DNA of 64,000 nt from Styela clava (lineage: Eukaryota), in contig NC_135263.1 in NCBI RefSeq assembly GCF_964204865.1, positions 6,634,001 to 6,698,000 of the forward strand. The letters are read 5' to 3'. Below, piece by piece: positions 1-12,543 of the stretch. Under the pieces are notes generated by a model. It saw nothing but the letters and a program-made list of their open reading frames with translations, was not told where the DNA came from and did no database searches. How positions within the stretch are numbered: position 1 is the stretch's first letter; each line of letters opens with the position of its first letter. The position numbers and the translations under genes were made by a program.

Positions 1-256
1 GTCACTCCATAAGACTACAGGCAAATCATTGTATTTCATGATACGCTCCAATGCACATATTTCTCGTCGCCTTTCGCGTCCGTTTTCCGCTCGCTTTTGC
101 TACTCGGCGTCTTTTTTACGTGTAGTACCTGCCTTTTTGCGCCTGTAACGAAACAAAATAATCTCTATATCTAAGAAGTTTTGCTTACTTGGAAAGCTGG
201 AATAACAGGCAAGCTGTAAAGAGCAATTCTGGACATCATAGACGTTTTTTTCTATC

Positions 257-684
257 AGAGAAGATTACAAACGCGATAGCGGAAAGATTTGTGTGGAACA
301 TTTTGCAGATAATGACAAAGTTCAAAGTTAGTAATTTTAATGTTTGCGCTTAATCATTGAAATTTCATTTAAAGAGGGTGTCATACAAAACTGTGCTGCG
401 ATACAATTCCATAACACAAAGTTTGCACCTATCGAACTTGCTTTCGTAGGTGAATTTATTAGACATATTACATATTCAGTTAATCGTAGGTAACATTGCT
501 GGTACATAATGCATCGTAGATAGGTTTGTTTAAATTTAAGAATTTACCTCATAGCCCACTAATTAATATTATCTTCTATGCAGGAGGTTGCAGGGCTGAA
601 TTCAACTTGCAGCCTTACCGATCACCTGACGATGCTCATTTAGTTTGGCTCGAGCAAGTCTTCTTGAAATGCTTGTGTGGATAG
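257..684 (+). pseudogene. Degenerate THAP-domain / P-element (THAP9-like) transposase fragments
   Basis: 257-326 reads REDYKRDSGKICVEHFADNDKVQ (THAP 'xICxxHF' motif) between an AG and a GTTAGT donor. 583-684 reads GGCRAEFNLQPYRSPDDAHLVWLEQVFLKCLCG*, resembling the 'PYxSxDDxRLxWLExxFLxYLxxW' segment of invertebrate P/THAP9-like transposases, with TAG in place of the Trp. Recognised by eye. Confidence 0.5.
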
Positions 685-1019
685 AAACTACCTATATTTT
701 TTGACTTCCTCCGATTTTAGACAAATTTATTCTGAGGGATTTCGCATATAATTCTCACTGATTGTTGGCTGTTTATAATTCCTATTGATTGTGAATTCTG
801 ATTATAACAATGAGTTGAAAATTTTTTTACCTAATTTACTGGCACCTTTTTCTTGTCAATACTCCAAGCTGAGGTAATAAACATGACAATACATTTATGT
901 CATCTGGAAGCAAAATATGCACACTAATTAATAGTTTGGCACATTGAGATAATACATCATGACAGAAAATACAAGTTAAAGATATGTATGTGAAGATGTG
1001 TTAAAGATATTAAGTATGT

Positions 1020-3650
1020 GACAGCATCTGTTTAAGACATAAGATGTTCAAATCTCACCACTTATGCGGCAATAGTTCTCAATCCTCATACTATAAAAAA
1101 TATCGCAATTCACTAACACATGCCATTGAAGATGCTAAACAAATGTATTTTCAAAAATTGATTGCCCAAAACAAAGGCAACCCCAAGTGTACTTGGCGAA
1201 TTGTTAATCAAATAGCATCTACTAAAAATAAAAAAACCAAAAGTGTTAATGAAATTGATTTGGAAAATGGCAGAACCATTAAAGATAAGTCCTTGATTGC
1301 ACAAGAATTCAATAAATATTTTTCCACTGTTGGGTCCAACCTTGGTACTAAATTCTCCAATGATATGGATGGCTTTAAAATATTTCTAAGCAAGCGTGTA
1401 AATCAATCCATATTCTTAAGTCCTGCAACAGTGAATGAACTGACCATGGAAATAGTATGCCTCAATGAGGGTAAAGCGGTTGGCGCTGACAACATTCCCA
1501 GTCGTTTCCTTAAGTATGTGGCAGACATCATAGCACCTTGTATAACTGAGTTTTTTAATAATTCACTTCGATTGGGGATATTTCCATCTTCACTGAAAAT
1601 TGCCAGAGTAATTCCAATCTTCAAATCTGGTAATACAAAACAAATTTCAAATTACAGACCTATATCCATATTATCTGCTGTTGATAAGGTTTTTGAACGT
1701 CTAATTTACAGGAGGCTAATGGACTTCTTTACAAAGCACGATGTTATAAATAAATCACAGTTCGGTTTTCAAAGCAATCACTCCACGTCACATGCCATCT
1801 TAGATACTATTTCTCATATATATGATAAATTAGAGAGGAAAGTATATGTCAGTGCAACATTTCTCGACCTTAAAAAAGCTTTTGATACTGTCAACCACAA
1901 AATTTTAATGTATAAGTTGTGGCATTACGGTATTAGGGGGGTAGCAAATCAACTCCTTACTAGTTATTTGACAAGTAGAACTCAATATGTTCAAATAGGT
2001 ACATATTGCTCCTCTGTCTTACCTGTGACCCATGGGGTTCCCCAGGGTTCGTCCTTGGGTCCGGCTCTGTTCTTAATTTATATTAATGATCTTGCACATA
2101 GCTCCACTCTATTTTCCAAATTATTCGCTGACGATACGAACCTTCTCGATAGTGATAAGTCTCATGTTGTGCTTCAATCCAGAGTGAATACTGAAATACA
2201 AAAGGTTGCTCATTGGATGGAACTTAACAAACTAACATTAAATGTGGATAAATCAAAAACTATGTTGATAACTCCTAAAAAACCAAAACGCATTGATGGT
2301 TTAAAAATCCAAATTGGGGGGACTATTCTGGAAAATGTGGAATCGTATAAATATCTTGGTATCGATATTGACAATAAATTGAACTGGGATATTCACATAT
2401 CCAACATTACCGTTAAATTATCTAAGGCGGTAGGAATGTTGTATAAACTTCGATCATACACCTCAGTGTCAACTTTACGTATGGTTTATTATGCTCTGTT
2501 CCAGTCCCATATCCAATATGGCATTGCGGCCTGGGGTTCAGCAAGCAAAATGTTACTGCATCGTATTGAAGTCATGCAAAACAGGGCAATCCGTGCTCTT
2601 ACACACGCCGGACCTCGGTGCAATTTAGAATCCTACTATTATAAGATGAAAATACTTAAAAATGCAGATATTTATAAAACTGAAGTGCTGAAAATTATGC
2701 ACCAACATCATAATAAAAAACTGCCGGCTGCATTCTCCGGCTATTTTGTTAAGCAAAGCGTCATTCACTCTCATGCAACTCGGTCTTCTGCCAATAGCTC
2801 ATATTATATGACTCGCTATTCATCTAGCCGCACACAAAATTCCATTAAGTTCATTGGTATAAAACTTTGGAATATGCTTCCAGTTACCATACGCTCTAAG
2901 AACTATAATACATTTAAAAAAGAATTAAAAAATCACTACCTCAATGCTTATAACATCCAGTAGTCTAATTCACTGGTCATCAATCCTGTATTTGATGACA
3001 ATTTTGCTGAATGTGATGTTTTTCTTATTTGTTCATATCATTCATTTCCAGTGTTATTGAATATTTTCACTATTCTTCCACAAGCTACGTTACCCCAAAT
3101 CTCTTCGCCGTGTACTTAACCTCTCGTATTGTGATTCTGTTGCCCAAACTTCATTATGTATTTATACCTCCAAAACTAATTCCCTTATTGTGGTTTGCTG
3201 GGAATTCCCCGTAATTTATCTCCGCAAGGCAGCGTCATGTCAATCAGAAGCCCGACAGCTGTGACGGTGCCGACCCGAGCACGACGCTGACGATTTGAGC
3301 ATTTTTTCCCCTCCTGACGCGCTCTTGTTTTTCTCTCGTTTCTCATGATTATCTTCGATTTAACTATTTTCTCCTAACTGACTTCCCCAATTCGACTTAC
3401 ATTTTCCAAATTGTGTTCATTCAAAAAATATATATGTTTAAATCCTGTTTATTTAACTTCATCTGCTGCTGTTTAGAGCTATTTAGGTGTCGCTGACACG
3501 TTAACTTTATAGTTTATTCGCGACTCCTCGTCTATTGCAGTCGAATTATTGTACGTCTGTTATTTCTTCTCTCGATTTATTTTTACTGTTTATATGTACA
3601 ATATTTCTTGCATGACGGAAATAAATATCTGAATCTGAATATCTGAATCT
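1020..3650 (+). mobile_element. 5'-truncated non-LTR retrotransposon (LINE), CR1 group (CR1/Crack/Daphne/L2-like)
   Basis: Contains an RT ORF, then a ~660 bp 3' UTR ending in AATAAA plus the tandem tail ATCTGAATCTGAATATCTGAATCT (~3626-3650). No APE endonuclease or ORF1 upstream. The 5' boundary is approximate. Confidence 0.88.
1044..2963 (+). CDS. LINE ORF2 reverse transcriptase (endonuclease portion lost by truncation; start is an internal Met)
   Basis: Motifs NYRPISIL, QFGF, FLDLKKAFDTVNH, GVPQGSSLGP, LFADD, YKYLGI and the C-terminal KLWNMLP...FKKELK. 639 codons uninterrupted. Confidence 0.92.
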   Translation: MFKSHHLCGNSSQSSYYKKYRNSLTHAIEDAKQMYFQKLIAQNKGNPKCTWRIVNQIASTKNKKTKSVNEIDLENGRTIKDKSLIAQEFNKYFSTVGSNLGTKFSNDMDGFKIFLSKRVNQSIFLSPATVNELTMEIVCLNEGKAVGADNIPSRFLKYVADIIAPCITEFFNNSLRLGIFPSSLKIARVIPIFKSGNTKQISNYRPISILSAVDKVFERLIYRRLMDFFTKHDVINKSQFGFQSNHSTSHAILDTISHIYDKLERKVYVSATFLDLKKAFDTVNHKILMYKLWHYGIRGVANQLLTSYLTSRTQYVQIGTYCSSVLPVTHGVPQGSSLGPALFLIYINDLAHSSTLFSKLFADDTNLLDSDKSHVVLQSRVNTEIQKVAHWMELNKLTLNVDKSKTMLITPKKPKRIDGLKIQIGGTILENVESYKYLGIDIDNKLNWDIHISNITVKLSKAVGMLYKLRSYTSVSTLRMVYYALFQSHIQYGIAAWGSASKMLLHRIEVMQNRAIRALTHAGPRCNLESYYYKMKILKNADIYKTEVLKIMHQHHNKKLPAAFSGYFVKQSVIHSHATRSSANSSYYMTRYSSSRTQNSIKFIGIKLWNMLPVTIRSKNYNTFKKELKNHYLNAYNIQ

Positions 3651-3919
3651 ATGACCATCACATGGTAATTAAAATTAAAAAAAAATTAATAGGGGCTGTG
3701 GAGTATGGAAAGTTCAAGACAAAGAAAAGAACAAATGTTCATAGTTCATGAACTCTCAATTTTGCCTCCATTGCTTTGTGAAGGCCAATATATTTCGAGT
3801 GGCTGAATTGGTTTACCTTTATGATAGCAACGATTTTGTATTTAATATAGCGAGATTATTTCAATTTAATTGAAGTGATATAATTTCCCAAAGCAATGCT
3901 TGAATCGTCTAGAATAGAT

Positions 3920-5105
3920 CAGTGGTGTCAAACTCATGGGTTTTCGAGAGCCGCATTGCATTTTGAAAATTGTAAAAAGAGCCGCAAACAGTTTTTGATA
4001 ATGTATACTTAAAAGATATTTTTAAGATAGTTTTAGTTTGTGACATATATTGTGATGCAACTAAACAGTTGGATTAAGTTTTATTATTTTCTTCAATTTC
4101 AAATGCAATTACATATTAATATTTGCATTCCACTATTATTGCAACATTTGCAAGTTACAGTATTTATTATAAAAAATCGTAAAATTCTATGTACAACCAT
4201 CAAAATCATTTTTGAACAAGCTTTGAATAAGGAAAGAATAATACATACACTAAAAATAACTTATCTAAATATATGAACCTAAAATTAACAAAAATACTAC
4301 AGTATAAACTCAATGTTTTAATAATTACATTTGTCCTGGCGTTTGGCATTTTTTTGTGTCACCAGCATACTAAGGCCAGTCTGAAATGATTTTATAGTAC
4401 CAACTCTAACTAACGAGGCCACATGATCATGGGTTTATCTGGATCTTTACGAATGTTTAATTAATTCCAGTAATGCAAAAAAGTTGCTTTTATCATTTCA
4501 TGTATAGATCAGTAAAAAAACAAATGACAGATTTTTTCGACAAGACATTTCGCACTACATTGCGTGGCATAGGATTGCTTGAATTATTATTGATATTGAT
4601 TTTTAGTAACTAAGTCGTTGTATAATTATATTAATATACAAACACATGGAAATTTTCTGTTCGAAGTTGGTCTTCGAATTTGTCATATTGACTGCTGATC
4701 TTATTGTGTTTTTTGATTGTATTGATGGAAATATGACAAATTAAACAATGTGCTTCAGAATTTTGTGAAGAGCAGAAATGTTACAACTCCCATTTTCTTC
4801 GAAAATGCCACCTTCTTCATGTACTTTGCGTTTAATTTAATTACTCAAGTGTTTTATTCTAGTATTCTTTTGCTAGCTTGATGTGTATTCTTAATTGGGT
4901 CAAAATGTGGACAAAAAAAATCAATATTTCAAAACTACTTTCAGTAAATTGTTTTCTGTGTGAATAATCAATTTCACTTTAGAAGGTTTGAAAAATCTAT
5001 TACATTTAGATAAAAATAAAAACTTCCAAAATACTATTACAATTACTGTTAAGCGTTCGAGGGCCGCACTGAAAGTTCTCTGGGGCCGCGAGTTTGAGAT
5101 CCCTG
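3920..5105 (-). mobile_element. Internally deleted hAT (Charlie/SPIN/Buster-type) transposon
   Basis: Imperfect TIRs CAGTGGTGTCAAACTC / GAGTTTGAGATCCCTG. 8-bp TSD gaatagat / gtatagat (7 of 8). The minus strand keeps a decayed N-terminus (KRKVHEEG..KW..HCLICH, ~4700-4835) and C-terminus (..RSR.THDHVASLVRVG..QK.CQT.GQ, ~4325-4490). Confidence 0.8.
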
Positions 5106-5109
5106 GTAT

Positions 5110-5692
5110 AGATTGAAGTTGTTCAAAAAATATATGATAGTATTTTATCATGAATGATGATTATACCCCTTCCGGAATTTCTTCTATAGTACTACCAAAA
5201 GTTGATGAACCAAATATAACACAGGTGCAGTGAGGTACCCGTAATCCTCATTTTCAAAGCTGTTTTAAGTATGTCTGGCGTGTTTTGTGCCTTTTTACAA
5301 ATAAGACCGCTTATGCAATCTTACGCTTTGGAATTTTTAGTTATTTTCCTCAAGCCCTGCAGGATGTGGGGGCCATACACAACTCTACCGGAGGGTCAAA
5401 TGTCTTTGCATGCCTCCATAGGTTGTTTTTCTATTGCAATTTTCTATTTTCAATTGCATTATATTTCTTGGAATCACACTGTCACTGATATGTCGCCAGA
5501 CTTCTGATATCTCCCCGTCTGCTATAGTTGTCCTGTGAATAAATAATAGGAAATTGAGATTAGACGAATAGTTGAAAGTTTTGCTTTATGTCGGCTTAAT
5601 TTCTTGATTGATATACTTGCTATTTCTGCTATTGCCTCTTGTGCTGCAAGAGTCTCGCAATGCTTAGACAGGTTTGTCCACAACTTTCACAT
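5110..5692 (-). pseudogene. Decayed exon(s) with a C2H2 zinc-finger remnant, probably transposon-derived
   Basis: After a minus-strand TTCAG acceptor (5693-5697) the frame reads CESCGQTCLSIARLLQHKRQ*. A further stop-riddled frame follows a second acceptor near 5533. Confidence 0.35.
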
Positions 5693-6499
5693 CTGAAGAA
5701 AGAGAGGAGATTTATTAATTTTCGTTAAGAATAAATAAAGCAGTCTATATGATTCAGAATGGAAAAGCTAATAAATCCAATTCTCATGTTTTATTTAAAA
5801 AATATTTTACTGAATTTGGTATATAAACCAACTAATAAAAGGGTTTAGTCAGAAAATAACAAGCATTCGTGGCTCCAAATACTTGAGAAATCAGACTATA
5901 CAATATAGACCGGTATGAGTGAAATGTTAGGTGAACTTGTTAACACTTTGATTCAATACGCAAATAAAAGTGAATGCGTAATAGTATGTTACAATGAGCA
6001 GCAATCAACAATGAGTATATATCCTCACTGATTAAAAAAATCTAACTGGAGGTGCATGAACTATTTGAAACCATAAGGGGTAAGTAAATATGTAATTTCG
6101 GCAAATGGGCAACTACGTACCGTACTGAATTAATAACTTCGTAGTATTTGACAAAGGCTGGCTTTCCCACATGTACTTAACAGTGCGATGCCCGGGTCTG
6201 ATATACAACAATGGTATTCACCTTACCTTTTACCGATTTCTTTTTACGCCAACTTTCAAAAATATCATTAAAGTCGACAACAACTGTCAAAGCAGGCACG
6301 AACACCATTCGTGCTACGCCTTGAAAGCAGCACACATCCGCTCGTTTTCGTCTCGTCAAGTATGTGCATTGGAGCGTGCTATCGAATACGATCTTCGGAT
6401 AAAAATGCCGGAGTTGCGCATCATGTTGTTTAATGTCATTGGTCAAACCAAGAAAACAATATATACATACATACATGACAAAATTAAAAAATGTTTTCG

Positions 6500-6565
6500 G
6501 TGCATGACTGGGAGGCAACGATACGACCTTTGGAGGTCATCAGAGTCAGTTACCACCCAATTCAA
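6500..6565 (-). repeat. Short dispersed repeat (retroelement 3' end, same family as 16620 and 59190)
   Basis: actgggaggcaacgatacgacctttggaggtcatcagagtcagttacc matches 59282-59325 directly and 16635-16685 in reverse complement. Confidence 0.6.
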
Positions 6566-7104
6566 TAAACATAAAAAATAAATAACAGGTTCGGTGTCAA
6601 TCTATTAATACCTCTCATGTTTGTTTACTATATACAATATTTACATGTTTTATTATCAAAGCGAAAACTATGGTATACGGTTCTTTCAACTGACCGAAAT
6701 TCGCCACATATTGAATTTGATTTCCAAAATATAAACTGCTTAGTGGAGCCCAGGTACTCTAATAAGATACGATTTATTAGGGTTATTTGTAAACTTATGG
6801 GTGAAGATAAGTTAAAACAGAACATGCAGGATTTTGAACAAGGGTGGAGTTCCATTATAACATACACATACTAGTGTTATATAATCAGAAGCACGGGTTG
6901 GATCATCGAAACAATACAGATTTTTGTTGTATACAAAATGCATTTATTTGGACAAGGCCATTCATGCAAATATTTAGGTAAAGTGTTGACTTAGCAAAAA
7001 TAAATTAATATTAAATTCAATATAATCAATACAGTCGATAATAAACTATAAATCAAGTGAATGAAAGACACACAGTTGGCAAAAAAGTTGACTTGATATA
7101 GGAA

Positions 7105-7612
7105 TATAATTATAGGATGCAATATTTTATAACCTTATGTAAAATGATTTTGGACACTTTGAATATAAACATTAAATAGAAGTGTGATTACACAGAACAT
7201 ATACAATTCATTAGTCCAGGCCATTCATGCAGATTAGATTGAACAGGGAGCTCAATGAAGAAGTATTGTGATTTGATTAACAAATTTAGGGATGATGGAA
7301 ATGAGCTTTTAGCTTGGCATATTCACTTAATAAAATAGAGAATGTAACATTTTATAACACGATTTGGGACAATTTGATGGCGAACATTTAAGTCATAATC
7401 GAATTGTAAGAATATATGAACTCATTTTACAGAGAAAGTATCATGAATGCAATATAAGCTCGGCATATTAGCCCTAGGAATAAAAAATGAAGAATGCAAC
7501 ATTTTACAACATGATTTGGCACACGATAAATATGAACATTTAATAACAGTAATCAAATATAAAAATAGAGAGTTAAAGTTGCTTAGGAGATATCATGGAT
7601 GTAATATAAGGT
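7105..7612 (+). repeat. Diverged tandem units of roughly 150-200 bp; possibly a decayed leucine-rich-repeat coding region
   Basis: Units share agct(t/c)ggcatatt...aatg(t/c)aacatttta(t/c)aaca(c/t)gatttgg...gaacatttaa...atcatg(a/g)atg(c/t)aatataag. Translation gives repeated 'xCNI' motifs, interrupted by stops. Confidence 0.4.
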
Positions 7613-8568
7613 TAAATTTGGTTTTAGAGCAGCAAAGTACAACACACGATATGTAACATTGGTGAATATAGCGAAGGATTGCAAACATAGCTGTTGGACT
7701 GAGAATGCTACTGGCTGTGTGTTTCGGTATTTACTATTAGATTTGTATCTCGTGATATCAACACGATCAAGGCCCGTCCACCGGAATTAAAGAAGTTTAT
7801 GGATAAAAGATTGGATTTAAAGTTTGTGTTTGGCAGTCGTCGGGTGCGGTCGCATTTTTGAACGGCGCAGAAAGATTAGATTGACAACAATGAACCAGCA
7901 CTTAAGGAATATCAACAAGCAAAGGCCGAAATATGAAATTACATGGCAGCATAAAGGCAACATACGGACATCATAACAGAATCGAAAGATGAATACATCA
8001 GGGATTGATTCAGATATTTTATTTTGTGACAAAGAGTATGATATACTGCTATTTCTAGAAATTCCGCTTGAATAGGCCTACTAAGTATTCAACTATATAT
8101 GTGTAAATAGTTTGCAGTGTAACATTTTTAAACATTCATTTAGTGGCATATTTTTTATTTGTTCTCTCTGTGTGTATACCGGTACTGTTTTAACAATGTT
8201 GGCCACGTCAATGTATCAATTAGGCTACAGACCTGCTCGCGTGTGATTAGTGTTTTTCCTAATAATTGCTTTTATGAGTGTCCGCACACCGAATTTGCCG
8301 CCACGGTTTTGCGTTTGTTTGTATATTAAACCACTTATCACCTTTTCCGCAATGCCCAATCTAGCAATCTGTGTAGTTTTTCATGGCTTGGTTTTTCTTA
8401 AAGCTTTCATGGCTTCATGAGTATGACTATCGTCGCAAATTTATCACATTCCACTCCCCACATTATCTTTGCATGAGGTTGTAGGTATTGGTCATTATCA
8501 ACGTAATTGTTGAAAGAGAGTACAACAGCCCGAAAGTTTATTACTATCGTGTATTTTGTTTGAAACTA

Positions 8569-8770
8569 CCGTATTTTACGGACCAAAAACCGGCCTCGTA
8601 AGCAGGGACGCCTAAAGTATGGGTAAGGTAGTGCTTTAATCATTACTGCCTACACTTGAAACCAGTAGGCCTACCTGTTGCGCCTTATAGCCCCAGTAGC
8701 CCTTATGTATGGACGAAACCCCAATACAAGCAAATTATTGAAGGCGCGCCCTATTGTCCGTAAAATACGG
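8569..8770. mobile_element. pogo/Tigger-type (Tc1/mariner superfamily) MITE
   Basis: Perfect 15-bp TIR CCGTATTTTACGGAC / GTCCGTAAAATACGG, flanked by TA on both sides (8567-68, 8771-72). Confidence 0.85.
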
Positions 8771-9798
8771 TATTCTAGGCAAATTGATATTACTCTTTAT
8801 AGTTTATAAGATTGAAAAAAGACATCGTGGGAATTTTCTCAATCTCAATATTATTGGACACGTGAGTGGACCTATGGATCGTTTTCATATTTTTGGTAAT
8901 CTTGTTCTTGTTGGTCTTCTTCGTATCGTTTAGAAAAAAATCGCTTTTCTCTTTGACTAGTGGACCAATTGCTTTGAAATTTTCAGTGAGTAAATATTAT
9001 ATTTTTCGCTAGAAGGCTATTACTCTTATTTATGTGCTATGACACCATCAAACTTTGCCACTATGTGACGATACGTGTCCATATATTTGAGCGTAGCTGT
9101 CTTGTTATATATATTGCCATGAACGAATCATGGTTCTTAACCTTTAACTGACTGCCTACCATTTCAGTGTTTTTACTCTGGCCGTGTACCACCGACAACG
9201 CTTTTATTGCGCTATGGGAGTATTTTGTAATGTGTATGCTGGGGGTCGGCAACCTACGGCCCGCGACGCGTTACTGAATTATCGTAACAAAACGATTATT
9301 TATTTATTGTGAGGCACGTGTAGACTAAATTATAACTTAACAAGTATATAATTTGTAATTACTCATTTAATGAGCCTATTATTCAATTATAATTTCACAA
9401 ATGGCAACAAACGCAGCGCACATAATATCCGAATGGAATGTTTTGAAATGCAATGAGGGAATAAATTTACAATTTGACAGATGTATCAATGCTTGGTGAA
9501 TTGGATAATTTTATAATATGTTATTGTGACGTGACACGCAAGACGAACGTGGACATGCCCGTTTCGTTTTCAGTTGGTAGTAGCGCTGTAACGGGCGAGG
9601 GCGATCTCTGAAGATAAGGATTCGTAGAGCTATAAGCGCCGCCAGCGAATACATACAGTGTGAAGCGTTGTCGGCATATTTTAGCCAACTCAAAAGTTAA
9701 TTAACAGTTGAGGTTGCGTGAAACTAACTACCTTCCCTTGCTCTATATGCCTTTGCGCAGGTGGATCCGTATGCGTATTACGCAAGGATGCTGTAGTC

Positions 9799-10359
9799 CA
9801 GGGGTTCCCAAACCACGGCCCGCGGGTCAAATCCGGCCGGCGTAATGATTTAAAATGGCCCGCCGAGCTTACGTGAAAAAGTGTTCAACAGATTTTATTT
9901 CTACCTTTTTTGCGATCTAGATACCGCTAATTTATGTCATTATCAGAGTTCAAGCAAGTGTTTATCGTAACAATTCAATTATACTAGTATATCAACTATG
10001 GGTATCGGTGTTAGGATTACATAGAACAGTAATTTAGTTATCAGCCATATAGGAAAGCTTAGGGATGTCAGAAATCAAACGAAAACTAGACTCAGAAAAT
10101 TGACGTTTCTTGAATAAATGGCAGTGTTCGTATTTCTCCATTGAAAAGTATCAAACTTTAGAGAATTGTCTACTTTGCCAACGAACTATTCCAGTTCTGA
10201 AGGAATACAACATTGAGCGCTATTATGAGTCAAACGAGCATGTTTCAAAAAAATGTCGAATGAAAGTGAATCCATTTTTGGGCGCTACATTCTTCCGGCC
10301 CGTGAACATCTTTTCGATTCTAATTTTAGCCCGCGGCCAATAAAGTTTGGGAACCCCTG
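9799..10359 (+). mobile_element. Non-autonomous hAT (Charlie/SPIN-type) element
   Basis: Perfect 15-bp TIR CAGGGGTTCCCAAAC / GTTTGGGAACCCCTG and perfect 8-bp TSD CTGTAGTC (9791-98, 10360-67). Internal relic MSEIKRKLDSEN*RFLNKW...CLLCQRTIPVLKEYNIERYYE matches the SPIN/GTF2IRD2-type transposase N-terminal zinc finger. Confidence 0.92.
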
Positions 10360-12543
10360 CTGTAGTCAATTGTTCCAATAAATCAAAGCTACTCGCGTAC
10401 CTTTTGAAAAGCTCCCACATAACGCTAGTGAGGTTGAGAACCACCGCCATAAATGAAACACCGATATACTGAAATCTGACAAATAGCTAGTGTTTAAAAC
10501 CATTTAAAATCAAAATCTGTCTGAGTCACCCACATCACCTTCGACATCTTGCTGATTATCCTACTTTAGGGTCGATGTCGCGTTACGTTGGGGAAATGAG
10601 AGAGAAAACTTATTGCTTTTGTCAAACCAGGAAACAAGCACATGCATATTAAGGACTTTTCGTTTTCAGATTGTTGTCGTTGCCAATATGTTTTATGGCA
10701 CTTGTAACACCAGTTGTCTTTTGCGCCATTAATCGATTCGAAATTCTATACTAACATACTATACAATATTTACAAAGATAGATATACAAATAATTATAAA
10801 AAAATTTCAGATTACTATTGTTTTAAATGTGACAAACACTATTACAAAATAAACGCTGGAGATGAGGTGAATATTATGCCAATCTAACTGTTGGCACAAG
10901 GTTTATTCGCGTTCAGTATAATTTTATTTATTGTGCTTGAGTGTGTTAATTGTGTGGCAACTTTTTGTGATGGAGTAAAAAGTGTTATTAATTTTATATT
11001 TCGTCTAAGAAGGCATAGTGTGGGTTTACATTAGTTTTTGAATATCACGAAATAAAGAAAGTTTATATCGTTGCCCCAGTTTCATTATATGTTGATGTCT
11101 CGCTTCACCCGATAATGTCAATTTTGAGTAAACTTTCTACGACGAGAAATAAACGGATATTCATCAGATTGACAACAAACGATTTTTAAACGAAACAAAT
11201 AAGCCAAAAATTATAATTTGAATACTGGGTAAAACGCGTGCTTTTTAGAAAGAGAAGGATAGTTTTTGAATTTTACTTAATGTAGACTCTAGTTAGTTAT
11301 AAAGCTTCATCAAACCTTGATTGACTGGATACAATTACAAGAAAATTATACATTTTACTATTTTTGGTCGATATTTCCACGTATTTCTGAGATATTGATA
11401 TCTACATTTCTGATGGTTTACAACATAAGAAGCTGAGTCACAAATATTGAGAGAACATTTTGTTAAATCTCTCAATAATAAGTATTATTGTATAGGACTT
11501 TTACCTAAATTACGGAATCGTGATCTAATACTCACGCAATAAACCAAAGACTACAAGTCAAAAAATCTTCGAGATCGCTTGGGAAGTTACCCAAGTAATT
11601 TAAAAACGAATACGAAGGTATGGACATATTAGCAATAATAAAAATTGAAACACACTGGCTCAACTAAATTCCCTATAGCAAATTTTCTACTGGCTCCATT
11701 GTACTGTGCTAGTTTACTGGAATTACTGATGAAAAGGATTTGATCGATTAAAGGTATTTTCTGGAATACTTTTCTGAGGACAAATTCTTAGATTCTGAAT
11801 TTATTATTGAAATTTCCCAAGCGAAACATATTGGCTTCTATGCTGCTAGAAAGCTTACAACAGCAGTATTTGAGTACTAATAGTGATGAGTACTGAGTAC
11901 TCAATGTCGTGAGTAGTGACGTGAACTAACCCGCGAAGACGACACTCTGATGACGTAAATATATTATGTTTTTGTAATAGCGGATTACATATCTTGTAGT
12001 GAAATTTGAGCATTTCATATCCACTTTCCTTATATGTTTACAGTATATGAAAACATTTCGAAGTTTTCAAATATGGCGTATTTTGAGATGGATCTTTAGT
12101 ATGTTACTCAGTTCGTATATGAGTAAAATTTCTCGCGATAAGAGTGCCCAAATTGCCATATATTGAAAGGAAGCGAAAACATAAAATTTGGCTTTGCATT
12201 TTACATTCAAATATTACACACGGTAATGACAAATTGAGCCTTGGATGACGTTTTTATTTTCAAACGACAGGCCACGCGGTTCTGATGATATGCTTTGTTG
12301 CACCAACCGTAATATTTGGACAACTAATAAGGAATAAGAATTTATCTATACTTTAAATTAAACATCATTAATTAATGTCGTTAATATTACAAATACTTGT
12401 TTTGAGAATATAGTATGTTGTGCTTGTATTTGTGAGTATAAATAGAATTCTCATTGTTAACTCATATCCCAAAATTCATTTCTACAAATGTTTGATACGA
12501 AAAAAGTACGAAAACACGGACAGAAATTAAAATCCAAATAAAA

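Noticed and set aside
9239-10446. One larger hAT enclosing the 9799 element (ends at ~9239 and ~10446)
   Set aside because: The two hAT-like ends match each other poorly and share no TSD; treated as solo fragments.
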